From positions 1-64,000 of the forward strand of contig JALAGF010000485.1 in NCBI GenBank assembly GCA_030167865.1: 64,000 nt of DNA, given 5' to 3'. The first letter of the stretch is position 1. Every line of letters starts with the position of its first letter. The translations under genes and the position numbers were made by a program. Of this stretch, positions 12,654 to 23,514 are shown in pieces. Source of the DNA: Craspedostauros australis (lineage: Eukaryota). A model generated the notes under the pieces. The model ran no database searches. It worked only from the letters and a program-made list of their open reading frames with translations, and had not been told where the DNA came from.

Positions 12654-13888
12654 TATCGTGGCCGTCGCCCAGTCAATGCGATGCGATGCGATGTAATGCA
12701 CTTGGATTGAACCAGCTCGTTGAAGCCAAACCATCTCGCAACACAACACCGCCGCATCAATGTCATCATCATCATCACGAATCCCGCACGAATGTGTACC
12801 GCTCATCATCTTTTCTCCGCGTAACTTTCTATGTGAGCTGCAGGATTCGAAACAGCAACGACAATGACGATGATGGCAATGACGTTGATGATCCCCGTTC
12901 GAAGATGCAAACCCCAACAACCTTGTACCATGCCACACTAATACGTACTTCTCTAACATGCATACATACCAACAACGATGACTGCGACAATGAAATGCAA
13001 CAACAGCAGCAGCAGCAGTAGTAGAAGCTAGCCGTATCCGTAATAGAATCTGTTTTAAATACCGAATCATTATAATACTATGGAGCAAAGTAGAGTGTAT
13101 TGAATCATTCGAGTGTTGTAGGTACGATGTGATTGCCCCTCCATAGTACACTGCACGAGTATTACACAAACCGAGAGAAGAGAAAAACGGCATCTTTCCC
13201 ATTCAATTCTGTGAGTATCACCGCGAACCCAATTGATGTCACCATCGCGATCCTCATTCATGTGGATTCGTTCCAAAGGCAATGCATTCTTGTCAATTCG
13301 TCCAAACTATTCTTCGCGAACGTATGTCCACTTTCGCCCGCATCCGTTGAAATTGTAGTAGACGTTATATGGACGTTATATTGCCTATATCTGCGACCGC
13401 TTGGCGATGGCCCTGCAAATCGCCATCATCTGAACAGATCGTGCACGTTGCGAAAAATTCGGTGTGCCTCCGAGGATCCGCAACGCATTCAACAATTTTT
13501 GCGTGCTGTGGCGCGAAATGGAGGCAACCAAGAAACCTCTCATTCCATGCACCAGGAAAGCAACAACAAGAGTCGGAGGCAGTCGCAACAGCCCAGGACA
13601 AACACAAGAGAGGAGCATCGCTTGCGCATTCTCCCAATACTGTGAGACTACTACGCTATTACTCCGCTGATTGACATCACCGTTGAGGACAATCAGGAAC
13701 AAAGCAGCGTGACGGCAACATCATCATTAATATATTGCGCAACATCGAAACTGAAGCGGAGTGAAGTGGAGTGGAGTGGAGTGAACTATATCGGTGTATA
13801 GGAGAAGGGAACAAAGACAGAGAGGAGAGAAGGGGAGGACACAAACGCCTCGAGAATTGCATCCGTTCTCCAAGAACACACGCAGGAC

Positions 13889-14845
13889 ATGGCCATGGAC
13901 TACGGGTACCTGTGCTGCGAGCCCGTGCTGGGCGGCGACAAAGGCCCGGAGGACGACACCACCGTCTCGTGCTCCACGGAGGACCAGATCCTGGAGGTGG
14001 ACTACGACACGCAGGTCACCAACCTCTACCACGGCATCGAGGAGCGCAAATGGGAGGAGGTGCTCTACTTCCTGGAGACCGACACGTGGTACAACAACTC
14101 CGTCTTCAACGTCTTCTCCGACAAGGAGCCGTCGGCCGAGGAGCAGGGCAAGACCTGGGTCACGGCGCTCGACAACGACGGCAACGTGCGGTGGTGCCAG
14201 CTGCCGCTGCATGCCGCCGTCACCTTCCTCGCGCCGCACGCCATCATCAAGAAGCTCATCGACATCTACCCCAAGAGCATCCGCTGCGCCGACGACCAGG
14301 ACATGCTGCCGCTGCACTACGCCTTCCGCTTCGGCGCGGCCGACGACGTCCTGCTGCTGCTGCTCGAGAGCTTCCCGCAGGCCATCGGCAAGATGGCCGT
14401 CAAGAACCGCCTGCCGCTGGATCTGGCGCAGTACGGGCCACGGCCGGAGCGAGGAAAGATGATCGAGTACTACATGCAGAGCGCCGTGCGCAACGCCAAG
14501 GAGGAATGGGACCGCGAGTACGAGAAGATCGTCAGCCGGGTCAAGAGCGACTCGGAGGAGAGCGTGGCGAAGGATATGGAGACCAAGGAGCGGGAGCTGG
14601 ATGTCAAGAGGGATGAGCTCATGCGCCTGCAGCACGAGCTCACCCTGCTGCGACGCGAGAAGATCCAGGAGGAACGGGAATCGCTCAATGCCACCAAGGA
14701 CAAGTCCAGCAGGAATGGCTGGTCCAAGGGCAGCACCAACAACAGCAAGCAATCCAAGCAACCCAAAGACACATCCTCGCCCAAGACCAAGAAGCTATCC
14801 ACATCACCCAAGAAGATGCTGTCCATGTTCGGACGACGAAAATAG
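13889..14845 (+). CDS. Diatom-type ankyrin-repeat plus coiled-coil protein (paralog 2)
   Basis: EVDYDTQVTNLY..TWV..RWCQLPLHAA..DDQDMLPLHYA, coiled coil, basic tail. Strong GC3 codon bias. Confidence 0.88.
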   Translation: MAMDYGYLCCEPVLGGDKGPEDDTTVSCSTEDQILEVDYDTQVTNLYHGIEERKWEEVLYFLETDTWYNNSVFNVFSDKEPSAEEQGKTWVTALDNDGNVRWCQLPLHAAVTFLAPHAIIKKLIDIYPKSIRCADDQDMLPLHYAFRFGAADDVLLLLLESFPQAIGKMAVKNRLPLDLAQYGPRPERGKMIEYYMQSAVRNAKEEWDREYEKIVSRVKSDSEESVAKDMETKERELDVKRDELMRLQHELTLLRREKIQEERESLNATKDKSSRNGWSKGSTNNSKQSKQPKDTSSPKTKKLSTSPKKMLSMFGRRK

Positions 14846-14965
14846 GAAACAACGTATTCGCACCAGTCGCAACCGAATCTAATCAAGAGCGTGCTTGATG
14901 TCCTTCTCATGTAGTTAAAGTTAAACAAAACAACCTAATAGACCAACGATCATCCTATTCCATCT

Positions 14966-17932
14966 CTAAGCAGAACCAAATGCCGTCTTGCGATACTTGC
15001 GCCATGCACCCACGCTGCCGTCCCATTCCCTTCCCAGCGGTGCCCGGCCCACTGGCCGCTTGTACTTGCCGCTGTTGCCATCTTGCATGGATGGGATCTT
15101 GGGGAACAGCCACTGCGGATCATCGCCGCTCTTCTCCATCAAGGCGTCCGTCGGGTCTTCCGGAACACCGACGTTGTTGGACAGCACTTGCAACGGGGCC
15201 TTGTTGTTCTCTCTCTGCTTGCCCTTCCTGCTTCTTCCTCCATTGCTCCGCGATCCACGACCATTCTCCTCATCCTCATTCTGCTGAATTCGCTTGCGCT
15301 TCGGCTCCGCAGCTTCCTCTTCCTCCTCGTCGCCCTCATTCATCAGCTGTTCGTAGCTTTCGATGATCTCCTGCTTGCTCCTCTTCAATGACTCCACCTG
15401 CTTTCGTGATTGCGCCAGCTCCTTCTTCAGCGCCGCAACTTCGTCGCTGCTGCTTGCATCTGTCGACGATGTTGATACTGTTGCGGTTGCCAAACTGTCA
15501 ATCTTGCTCTGCAGCCCCTTCACTTCATCGGCGTGCGATTGGCGCATGCGCACCATCTCTTCCTCGCACTCATCGATGCGATCCAGCAGCTGCTCGATCT
15601 GGACCTCCGCCTTGTCCCTGCGCACCTTCTGCATGCTCCTGCAGTTGGTGGGATGGGTCTGTATCTGAGCACGCAGCTGCTCGATGAGGTCGTCGTACTC
15701 CGTGCGGATGGACTGGATCTGCTCCTCCATCTCATCCGCCACCTCCAGCCGCACCCGCATCTCTTGATCGTTCAGCTCGTTCAGCAGCTGGAACTTTTGG
15801 GATTGCAGATCGTTGATCTCCTTCTTGGCCTCGCACAGAGACTGCTGCAAGCGCTCCATCTTCTCGCTGTGCTCTTTCACTTGCACTTCATCGCATTCCT
15901 CGGCATCAGAGTCATGAGCCTGCGCAGTGTCATCCATCACGCATGCTCGCTTGTTCCCATGCACAGATGCTGCGTTCATGTTTGTGGCCTTTCGCTTGTT
16001 GCCATTGCCATTGGTATTGCTCTTTGTGACCACCGCGGCATCTGCGTTGGTGCGACTCTTCTCGACCTTGTTCTTGCGAAAGCTCTTCATCGCCTTGCGC
16101 GGGGTCAGCTTCTTCACCACCTTCGACAGCAGACCGCGGACCTTGCGTGGTGGATTGGCCTTTTTCTTCGTCTTCTTCTTGCGGCCGTTCAGATCGTACG
16201 ATGCGTGCTCGGCAAACATCTTGCGCTTCGCCTTGAATTGCTCCGGATCGACCTGGATGGTCCTGGCCTGGGATGCGTACGCCAGCACGTGCTGCGTCTC
16301 GTCGAAGTCATCGACGGAGGGGTTCACGTTGACGACCATGGAGGTCCGAGCCGCGCAGGGGCCGGACAGATGCCCCATGAAGAGATGGGTCAGCTTGCTC
16401 TCGCGGTATGGGATGATGTTCGACGAACGGCTCACCTTGTTGCCATCCTTGAGCAACGAGAGGCAGCGCGTCAACGTCATTAAGCTCTTGTTGATCATCG
16501 ATGCCTCCTTCTGCTGCGTGCTTACGAGACCCGTCCTCTTCGAGCGTTCGCTTCCGGCGAGGTCCACGATCCACAATGTCGACGTCTTGGACTGGAAGCT
16601 CATTTCCTCTTCGGTGTTGTACCCCGCTGTGTCCACGCTGGACTCGTCGCTGGCCTTGGCCTGCATCTGCGTACTTGTTCCTGGGATCATGGCGCGTGGC
16701 ACGAGCTGCAATTGACAGATGCTGTGGGAACGGCTAGAGCCTGAATTGAGATTGTTGGATGCCGTCTGGCGTCGTCCATTTGCCTTTGCCACCAGCTCGA
16801 CACCGTGGGTGATGTCGCGTACCTGATACCGCGCGAGTCCCTTCACGACGGTCTGACCGGAACGCTCGCGGATCTTCAACGAAGGCGGCGGTCCCATGAA
16901 GGTCTGCTTCTTCTTCGGCAGCAGATCATGAACCTGCTCGTTGTAAATCTCGAAGTAGCTCATGTAGAGATCGTAATGACGGCCATCATTCGAGAGCTGC
17001 TGGATTCTGTCCAAGCTGTCGGCGATCGCACGCGGCACGATACCCCATCTGGCGTCTGTCTTCGCCTTGATATCGCCGACAATGGTGTGGGTCTTGCCTG
17101 CGTTGGTGATTCCGTATGCGAACAAGAGCGCTGACTCGCAATGGCTGCGGTTGCCCCTCCTGTCCATCTTGGCAGGTTTCGATAGATCTGCGAACAGCCC
17201 ATCGATCAGCGGTGCCGCGATGGTGCCGTAGGCACTCTTCTGCGTCGTTTCTGGCTCGAGCACCTGGTGGAACTCGAACTCTCTCGCGTACGCTGCCTGA
17301 TTGTCGGCGTTGGTTGTGCGGTGCGAGTTGATCTTGGTGGTGTTGGACTGTGGTGGTGGGTACGTGCGCACCTTGGTCGGCCGTGGATTGCCTCCCTCAT
17401 CGGTCGCGATGATCTCAATCGTGCTGTGCGGCGATGATCCTGTCGTCGCAGTAGATTTTGGTGCAGATGCGGATGCCGCTGAGCCTTTGCCAGTGCTTCC
17501 GCCGCTATCGGGATTCGTCTGCGGGCGCATGCGCAAGTACACCGACACGCTGCCGCCTGGGATGCTGTTGTCACCGGATGCAGTCTTTGCCGCCATCTTC
17601 CTGTTCACGGGACGTGGTGGCTTGCTGTTGGTTGGACCAGCAGACGGAAACGGAACATTGCCAGGCATGTCCTTGGTCGGCAACGATGATTCCAGATCCT
17701 CCGTGTCGCAGGATGCCACGCTGAGCTTGGCATACGATGGCTTCTGCGCGGTGCGCTGGTAATGTCTCTGCTCCTGCTGCTTTCGCCTCGCCTTCTTGGC
17801 GGTCAATGCCTGCGCATCGAAGGCAAGCGTGAGGTTCTTGCGCAGCTCCAGCGTCGTGAAGCCGAAGCCGGAGCTGCTCTCGCTGGAGCTGCGGCCGCTG
17901 TCATCGTCGATGCCCAGCAGGTTCGTGTCCAT
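14966..17932 (-). CDS. Kinesin motor protein, kinesin-6 (KIF20/KIF23-like)
   Basis: VYLRMRP, P-loop FAYGITNAGKT, FEIYNE, SSRSHSI, VDLAGSER, IPYRESKLT, then a coiled-coil stalk. The G[IV]TN[AS]GKT P-loop is typical of kinesin-6. Start taken at MDTNLL. Confidence 0.92.
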   Translation of the reverse strand: MDTNLLGIDDDSGRSSSESSSGFGFTTLELRKNLTLAFDAQALTAKKARRKQQEQRHYQRTAQKPSYAKLSVASCDTEDLESSLPTKDMPGNVPFPSAGPTNSKPPRPVNRKMAAKTASGDNSIPGGSVSVYLRMRPQTNPDSGGSTGKGSAASASAPKSTATTGSSPHSTIEIIATDEGGNPRPTKVRTYPPPQSNTTKINSHRTTNADNQAAYAREFEFHQVLEPETTQKSAYGTIAAPLIDGLFADLSKPAKMDRRGNRSHCESALLFAYGITNAGKTHTIVGDIKAKTDARWGIVPRAIADSLDRIQQLSNDGRHYDLYMSYFEIYNEQVHDLLPKKKQTFMGPPPSLKIRERSGQTVVKGLARYQVRDITHGVELVAKANGRRQTASNNLNSGSSRSHSICQLQLVPRAMIPGTSTQMQAKASDESSVDTAGYNTEEEMSFQSKTSTLWIVDLAGSERSKRTGLVSTQQKEASMINKSLMTLTRCLSLLKDGNKVSRSSNIIPYRESKLTHLFMGHLSGPCAARTSMVVNVNPSVDDFDETQHVLAYASQARTIQVDPEQFKAKRKMFAEHASYDLNGRKKKTKKKANPPRKVRGLLSKVVKKLTPRKAMKSFRKNKVEKSRTNADAAVVTKSNTNGNGNKRKATNMNAASVHGNKRACVMDDTAQAHDSDAEECDEVQVKEHSEKMERLQQSLCEAKKEINDLQSQKFQLLNELNDQEMRVRLEVADEMEEQIQSIRTEYDDLIEQLRAQIQTHPTNCRSMQKVRRDKAEVQIEQLLDRIDECEEEMVRMRQSHADEVKGLQSKIDSLATATVSTSSTDASSSDEVAALKKELAQSRKQVESLKRSKQEIIESYEQLMNEGDEEEEEAAEPKRKRIQQNEDEENGRGSRSNGGRSRKGKQRENNKAPLQVLSNNVGVPEDPTDALMEKSGDDPQWLFPKIPSMQDGNSGKYKRPVGRAPLGREWDGSVGAWRKYRKTAFGSA

Positions 17933-18285
17933 CTTCACCTCTTGACGGTATTGCACGCAATGGTGATGTTGATGCTGGCGTTGGCGTTGGCGCTGTTGGC
18001 GTCGATAGTGTAACTTGCTCTGTGCTTGCAGAGGATGGGATGCAAATGGCGTTGTCGAAAGTGAAATGAATGAATGATTGAAGGAGTGAATTGAAACCAC
18101 ACCTACTCGTTCATCGGACGTTGCTGTTCCCTTGCTGTGGGGTGCTCGAGTGTGCGTGACAATGTGAGAGTGTGGGAACCAACACCCATGAAGACGCTTC
18201 GTGCCACAACACGCCACAACACACAAAACTGACGAAGCCACCAACATCAAGCCAACACAAAGAAGAATGTCGCGTTCGGCCAGAA

Positions 18286-18308
18286 TTCAAATTTGGGCTC
18301 CACAACGG
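18286..18308 (-). promoter_or_regulatory. Candidate CHR-like (TTTGAA) and MSA/MYB-like (CAACGG) motifs upstream of the kinesin
   Basis: TTCAAA at 18286-18291 and CAACGG at 18303-18308, about 360 bp upstream of the kinesin ATG. Short motifs; function is inferred. Confidence 0.3.
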
Positions 18309-18645
18309 TTTCTTTCTTCTCTTGACATTCTCTGACACGCACGACTCAGTCTACGCAGAGGGAAGTAGACCATAGATTGCCCCGTTGAGCAGAGTAGACG
18401 AGTATGCCCACAACGACGATGAACGTCCACCGCGACGGAATACTTACTTACAATTGAATTGAGCAATATCCTACACTGTGATGGGGTACTCCGACGCTCT
18501 GTTATCTCCTGCAAGAGTGTCTCTATCTCTGGAGAAATGAAGCACGAATAGGCTGATATGAGTGTGTTGATATGATGCTAACACTGTGCCGCAACTGTCC
18601 GGCCATTGTTGAATAGAGTAGTCCCAATGAGTATGCATGCACTCC

Positions 18646-19524
18646 TCACAACAACGCTTGCGTCGCATCCGTATTAACATCCGCCTCATCTTGGTGTCGC
18701 AGAGTGCCCATCGCCAGCAGCTGCGGATGCAGGTAGTGGAGGAATGCGGCCGCTCCGAACAGCAGCGGCGCCACTTCCAGATTGTGCACCATGAAGAGCT
18801 CTCTGTTGTGCTTTGGATTGGCTGCGCGGTACTGCTCCAGAATCCAGAACATGAACCAGGTGTTGAACCAGCAGAAGATGGACCAGAGCAGCACCACGGC
18901 CGCGTACTTCGCAAAGCGCAGCATCCATCCCTTCCAGCCGAGATCATCCCAGTCTTCGTGAATATGAATTGCCCTTCTCCTTCTATTTCCCGCAGCTCGT
19001 ATCCTTTCCGCAGTGAACGCTTCTGCGTCGGTGATCGTGGCGTTGGGGTTCATGAAGGCGCTCGGTTGGTCCAGTCCCACGCCTTGTGGGTTGTCGAGAA
19101 GACCACCAATAACATCGTCGTCTTCGTTGTTGACGTTGATGTTGCTGCCTGAATTGGGGTTCATGGCGGTGTCGCCACCAGTTCTGATGATGGTGGGATG
19201 GCAGAAGAGGCTCTGCCATTCCCACATGTACTGGTAGAGGACGAGGACCACGCCGGCCACCACAAGAAGGACGTAGGCTGACGTCAGCGCCAGGAGGTAC
19301 TGATGGGCCGCAATGAGCCATGCGATCAATCCTAACGATCGCACTGCCGCGGTCGTCCAGATGAAGACGTAGGAAAGGATGGTGACGATCAGCTTGGATG
19401 TCACTCCGATGAAGCTCATCTCGTCCGGATTCAGAACTGTTTGGCACAGCTGCAGGCAGCACCATGCGAGCTGCCGTATCGTCGTGGCGACTTCGCTCCA
19501 ATCAACGTCTTCCAGGAACGCCAT
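18646..19524 (-). CDS. Hypothetical multi-pass membrane protein
   Basis: 292-aa ATG-initiated ORF with about 5 hydrophobic segments and coding-like codon usage. No family recognised. Confidence 0.7.
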   Translation of the reverse strand: MAFLEDVDWSEVATTIRQLAWCCLQLCQTVLNPDEMSFIGVTSKLIVTILSYVFIWTTAAVRSLGLIAWLIAAHQYLLALTSAYVLLVVAGVVLVLYQYMWEWQSLFCHPTIIRTGGDTAMNPNSGSNINVNNEDDDVIGGLLDNPQGVGLDQPSAFMNPNATITDAEAFTAERIRAAGNRRRRAIHIHEDWDDLGWKGWMLRFAKYAAVVLLWSIFCWFNTWFMFWILEQYRAANPKHNRELFMVHNLEVAPLLFGAAAFLHYLHPQLLAMGTLRHQDEADVNTDATQALL

Positions 19525-20203
19525 GATCGACTACTCTGCTCTGCTCTGCTCTGCTGTCGGTTGCCCTGCGTCAAAGGATGGATGTCTTTCAGTTTGTAAA
19601 GACGTTGTCGAATGTCTCGATGGTAGCGGAGAGTGCGGGACCAGTGCTTGGGGGTAGTCGTACGAGCAGGCGTACTATGATCGTCATGGTCAGGCCTGGT
19701 CACCACAAGAGAGAGGGTGAGTGGTCCTTTCCTCTGTGCTTGTCCCCTCATCAAATCGTTGATTTTTCGGTTGTGTTCGCCGCTGTTTCGCGTTCGCGTT
19801 CGTTTCGCTGTGTTGTTTGTGTGCAATGACGGGAATCGTGAATGAGCGGACCAATCATGAATTGGGCAACACGAATGAACACGATTAGTTCGAGTACAAT
19901 CTCCTTTTGCTTTTCTTCTCGATTACCGCTTCTCGGTCTACTACGGCAAGAGAACGACGGACGGACTCCCTGTTGTTGCGTTGTTGTTTGTCGGAATCGA
20001 CCATGGCCCGACCGATCGGAATCAGGAGCTGGCAACGAACGGCACCAGGCAGAGAGAAGAGGAGGAGGACCAGCCCTGGACCTCCTGTAACACCGTCATC
20101 ACCACCACCATCTGCAACAGCAAGAGCTGGGCCAAGAAGAACACCACCCAACAACACCCACCGTGTCAATACCAATACCACTCGAACGAAATAGACAGAC
20201 ACC

Positions 20204-21346
20204 ATGCAGGAAGTAGCGGCGCTTATGTTGTGCAAACTGGCCGGAAAGGCCGGAACCGTCGATGAGATCAAGGCGGTTCTCGAGGCAGGAGGCGCCGAGG
20301 TCAACGAGGAATCGCTGACGAAACTGACGGCCTCTGCTGAGGGAAAGGATATTAATGCATTGCTGGCAGAAGGAATGGAGAAGCTGAAGGATGTGCCAAT
20401 GGGCGGCGGCGGAGGCGGCGGGTACGTTCCTTTTCTGGGGGTTTGGGGAGACCTTGGCGTTCCGATACGTTGCGTCTGAGTGGAGTGGAGTGAAGTGCAT
20501 CACGTGGTTTGTTGGTTGTTGTGGTTGGGATTGGGATTGTCACCATGAACAACACGAATCAGTGTGGCCAGCTTGGCGCTGGAGCATAGCCTGGGAGCAC
20601 TATCTGCAGCAACAGCACGACGACGATATGAGCATCTGTGCTCGATGGCTGAATGAGCATCGTCGGAAGTGTTGCCTGTCTTCCTCTGGTGAAATCCAAC
20701 TTCTGTTTGCATCAATGAACGAACTCTTGAAAGCGAGAACCAACGCGTCTGACAATACTGTTCTTCATACTTTGCTCTGCTCGTGCTCTGTTCACTTTCG
20801 CTTCAATGACATGGTGCGCTGTACAACACTTCTCGAATCTCTAATTCCCTTTTGCTCACAGCGGTGGCGGCGGCGGTGGTGCCGCTGGCGGAGATGCTGC
20901 AGAGGAAGAGAAGGAAGAAGAAAAGGAAGAGGAAGAAGAAATGGACCTGGGAGGTGGCATGGATATGTTCGGAGGTACGTCGTTCTTGTCGCATCGCTTG
21001 TCACTCGTGCAGTGTCAGTCTTCGTTTCCGCAGGGGAATGTGGGATGCTTGAGCACAACGCAACAAAGTGTCAACAAGATTATGATCATCATCAACAACA
21101 ATGGCTTGGACTGGTTATCTGAGAGCTTCATTCCGCATCTCCGTATGACCATGTGGTTCATGTCTCTTCGTTGCATCATCTGACGCTTGCCTTTCTTTCG
21201 TTCAATCATTGTCCTCCATTGGTGTCCAATCTTGATTCAATCATTGCTCATCTCCCATGTTGACTCGGTAACACGTTCCACGGCGCGATCAACAACACGC
21301 TCTTTTGGAAACCACAGGAGATGATGCTGGCGGCGGCGACTACTAA
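20204..21346 (+). CDS. RPLP2: 60S acidic ribosomal protein P2, 3 exons
   Basis: Exons 20204-20421, 20862-20974 and 21318-21346 with phase-compatible GT-AG introns. MQEVAALMLCKLAG..IKAVL..GKDINALLAEG, Gly/Ala hinge, acidic EEEKEEEKEEEEE, tail MDLGGGMDMFGGDDAGGGDY. Confidence 0.92.
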
Positions 21347-22023
21347 TTCCATTACTCTACTCTAGACGAAGAAAATTCAAAACTACAGCAACGCTCCTCT
21401 CGACAATCGTGATCGTTGAGATTCATTTCCATTACCCGTACATAGAGCAGAGACATGATGGAGTTGTCTTGTTTCCAGCAACGCGAGTAAGCGACTGTTA
21501 CAATCACAGCTGCGAAAGCTCCGAAGTATTCTATGAAAGTGTAGTACCATGGGAGGGCTCTGCTCTTGTAGTGCCAGTGGATCTCTTCCTGTCACTGTCG
21601 GCGCTCGTGTCCTCAAACGAGATGAAACAAATCGGCATCACCACAAACAATTCAGAGTTCGAGTACACAAGGCGCAGAGGATGATCTTGATTTACGAATA
21701 CGGTGTACTATACTGTTGTTGCTACGGTGGTGCTGTTGCGATATGATACAAGAGGATGAGATGGATACCGGGGAGATGGATGCCTGATGGATGCATGCGG
21801 AATGACCTTGGATGTACAACGTGGGTGCGGTGCATGTATGCTTTCGCGATCACGCCACGCTACGTCAAGTCACGTTGCTTTTGATTGATGTGATGTTTGT
21901 GGTGTTGCATTCCGTCAATGAATCAACAACTTCAATATAGATCAATCAATCGCCGCATCGTCGCGATAGTGTGTGTGATGAAGAAGCCAGGCATTGTGTT
22001 GTGTTGTTTTGTGTTGTTTGTGC

Positions 22024-23514
22024 TCATTCGCGAGCAGCAGCGATGACGGCGGTGATTGCCTCCATCTCGCGCGTTTGCTTCGTCAGGCAAGCCTTCAACG
22101 ATGGCTGGTCCTGAGTCTGTTGCTGCTTGGCGGTTTCGATCTCCAGCATCTCTTGGATCTTCTTCTGCCGCTGGGCGGACACACTGTCCCAGTGCTCCTC
22201 CCTTGCCTTCATGGCATCGAGGACCACGTTCTGCTGCTCCATCATGCTGTTGAGGCTGGCATTCAGCGAACCCAACCGATCGCTCATCATGGCATTCTTC
22301 TTCTGCGCTCTGTCGTGCTGATCGGTGAGGTCGGCAAGCGTCTGGCTCAGCCCGACCCTCTCGCTGCGTGCCTTCTCCAGCTCTTCCTTCATCTTTTCGA
22401 TCTCCGTGTCCCTCTCCTTCAGATCGGCCTCGATTTCGTTGATCTTCTTGGCATCCTGCTCACGCTCATCCTTGAGCTCCTTGATCTCGCTTTCGAAGGA
22501 GGTCCTCTCTTCCTTCATGCTCGCTTCCTTCTCTTCCAGTTGACGCGCGAAATCCGCCTTGGCCTTTTCGGCGCTTTCCTTCAGCTCGCTGACCTCCTGC
22601 TGCAGCGTGTCAACCAATCGTGGTGGCATGAAGCTCGCGTGATCGCTGGCGCTGATCGGAATATGGGAGTAGTTCGTTGGGGTGGCGATGTGGATGATCT
22701 GCGGTTCGCCCTTGCCTTCTGCCTCCTTCTTCTCCTCAAAATACGACCTGTCCATTCCTGGGTTCTCTTTGGCGATAGCGTTTTCATCGCCCTGCGGTTG
22801 CTCGGAGGTGGTGCTGGCTCCGCCCGTCGATGCGCCCGACGATTTGTTGGCGGTGCCGAACCATCGTTGCAGGGCCTGGATGACGGCTGCTCGCTCGTCG
22901 TATTCACCGTCAAGCGCGAGCTCCATCGGTGTGTTGCCTTCATCGTCCTTGGCATCCGCGACATCCGGGTATGCGACCAGCACCATGTCGATGACACTGA
23001 CGGCGCTGGGTCCCCAGCATGTCAGGTAGTGGATGGGAAGCATGCCCTGCGGGTCGCGCTTCTGGGCGGCCTTCTCGTTGTGCTTGAGGAGGAGGCGGAT
23101 GATCTCTGGCGATGCCTGGTTGCCGCATGCGTAGTGCAGCGGGTACATGCCCTGGTCGTCGATGCATCTGGCGCAGTCCGGGTACGCCTCGATCAAGGTT
23201 TCGAGGAGCTCGACCGGCGGCTGGCGGGCGCATGCGCTGTGGATCGGGAGGAAGCGCCAACCGATGTCCTGCTCTTCATCGTCGTCTTCGTCGTCATCGT
23301 CCTGCTTCTCGTGGTATCTCACCACCCACGTCTTGGCCTCGACCGGGTTGGACTTGCATGCCTTCATGGCCTCCTCCCACTGGCAATCGATGATGCAGTC
23401 GTACAGCGGCGTGATGTTCTTGTCGAAGTCGACCTGGAGGCCGGATGGCGTCACGGAGTCCTTGGATGTCATGGTCCGCAGCAGGTTGGTGATTTGCTCC
23501 ACCTCGACTGTCAT
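22024..23514 (-). CDS. Diatom-type ankyrin-repeat plus long coiled-coil protein (paralog 3)
   Basis: QVDFDKNITPLY..AKTWV..WRFLPIHSAC..DDQGMYPLHYAC..DPQGMLPIHY..DDEGNTPMELA, then about 180 aa of coiled coil. Start taken at MTVEVE. Confidence 0.88.
   Translation of the reverse strand: MTVEVEQITNLLRTMTSKDSVTPSGLQVDFDKNITPLYDCIIDCQWEEAMKACKSNPVEAKTWVVRYHEKQDDDDEDDDEEQDIGWRFLPIHSACARQPPVELLETLIEAYPDCARCIDDQGMYPLHYACGNQASPEIIRLLLKHNEKAAQKRDPQGMLPIHYLTCWGPSAVSVIDMVLVAYPDVADAKDDEGNTPMELALDGEYDERAAVIQALQRWFGTANKSSGASTGGASTTSEQPQGDENAIAKENPGMDRSYFEEKKEAEGKGEPQIIHIATPTNYSHIPISASDHASFMPPRLVDTLQQEVSELKESAEKAKADFARQLEEKEASMKEERTSFESEIKELKDEREQDAKKINEIEADLKERDTEIEKMKEELEKARSERVGLSQTLADLTDQHDRAQKKNAMMSDRLGSLNASLNSMMEQQNVVLDAMKAREEHWDSVSAQRQKKIQEMLEIETAKQQQTQDQPSLKACLTKQTREMEAITAVIAAARE

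Noticed and set aside
17933..18250. N-terminal extensions in the ORF track (also 9203, 11358, 23787, 24423, 29402, 45269)
   Set aside because: They begin at non-ATG codons and run through CA-rich, UTR-like sequence; downstream ATGs fit better.
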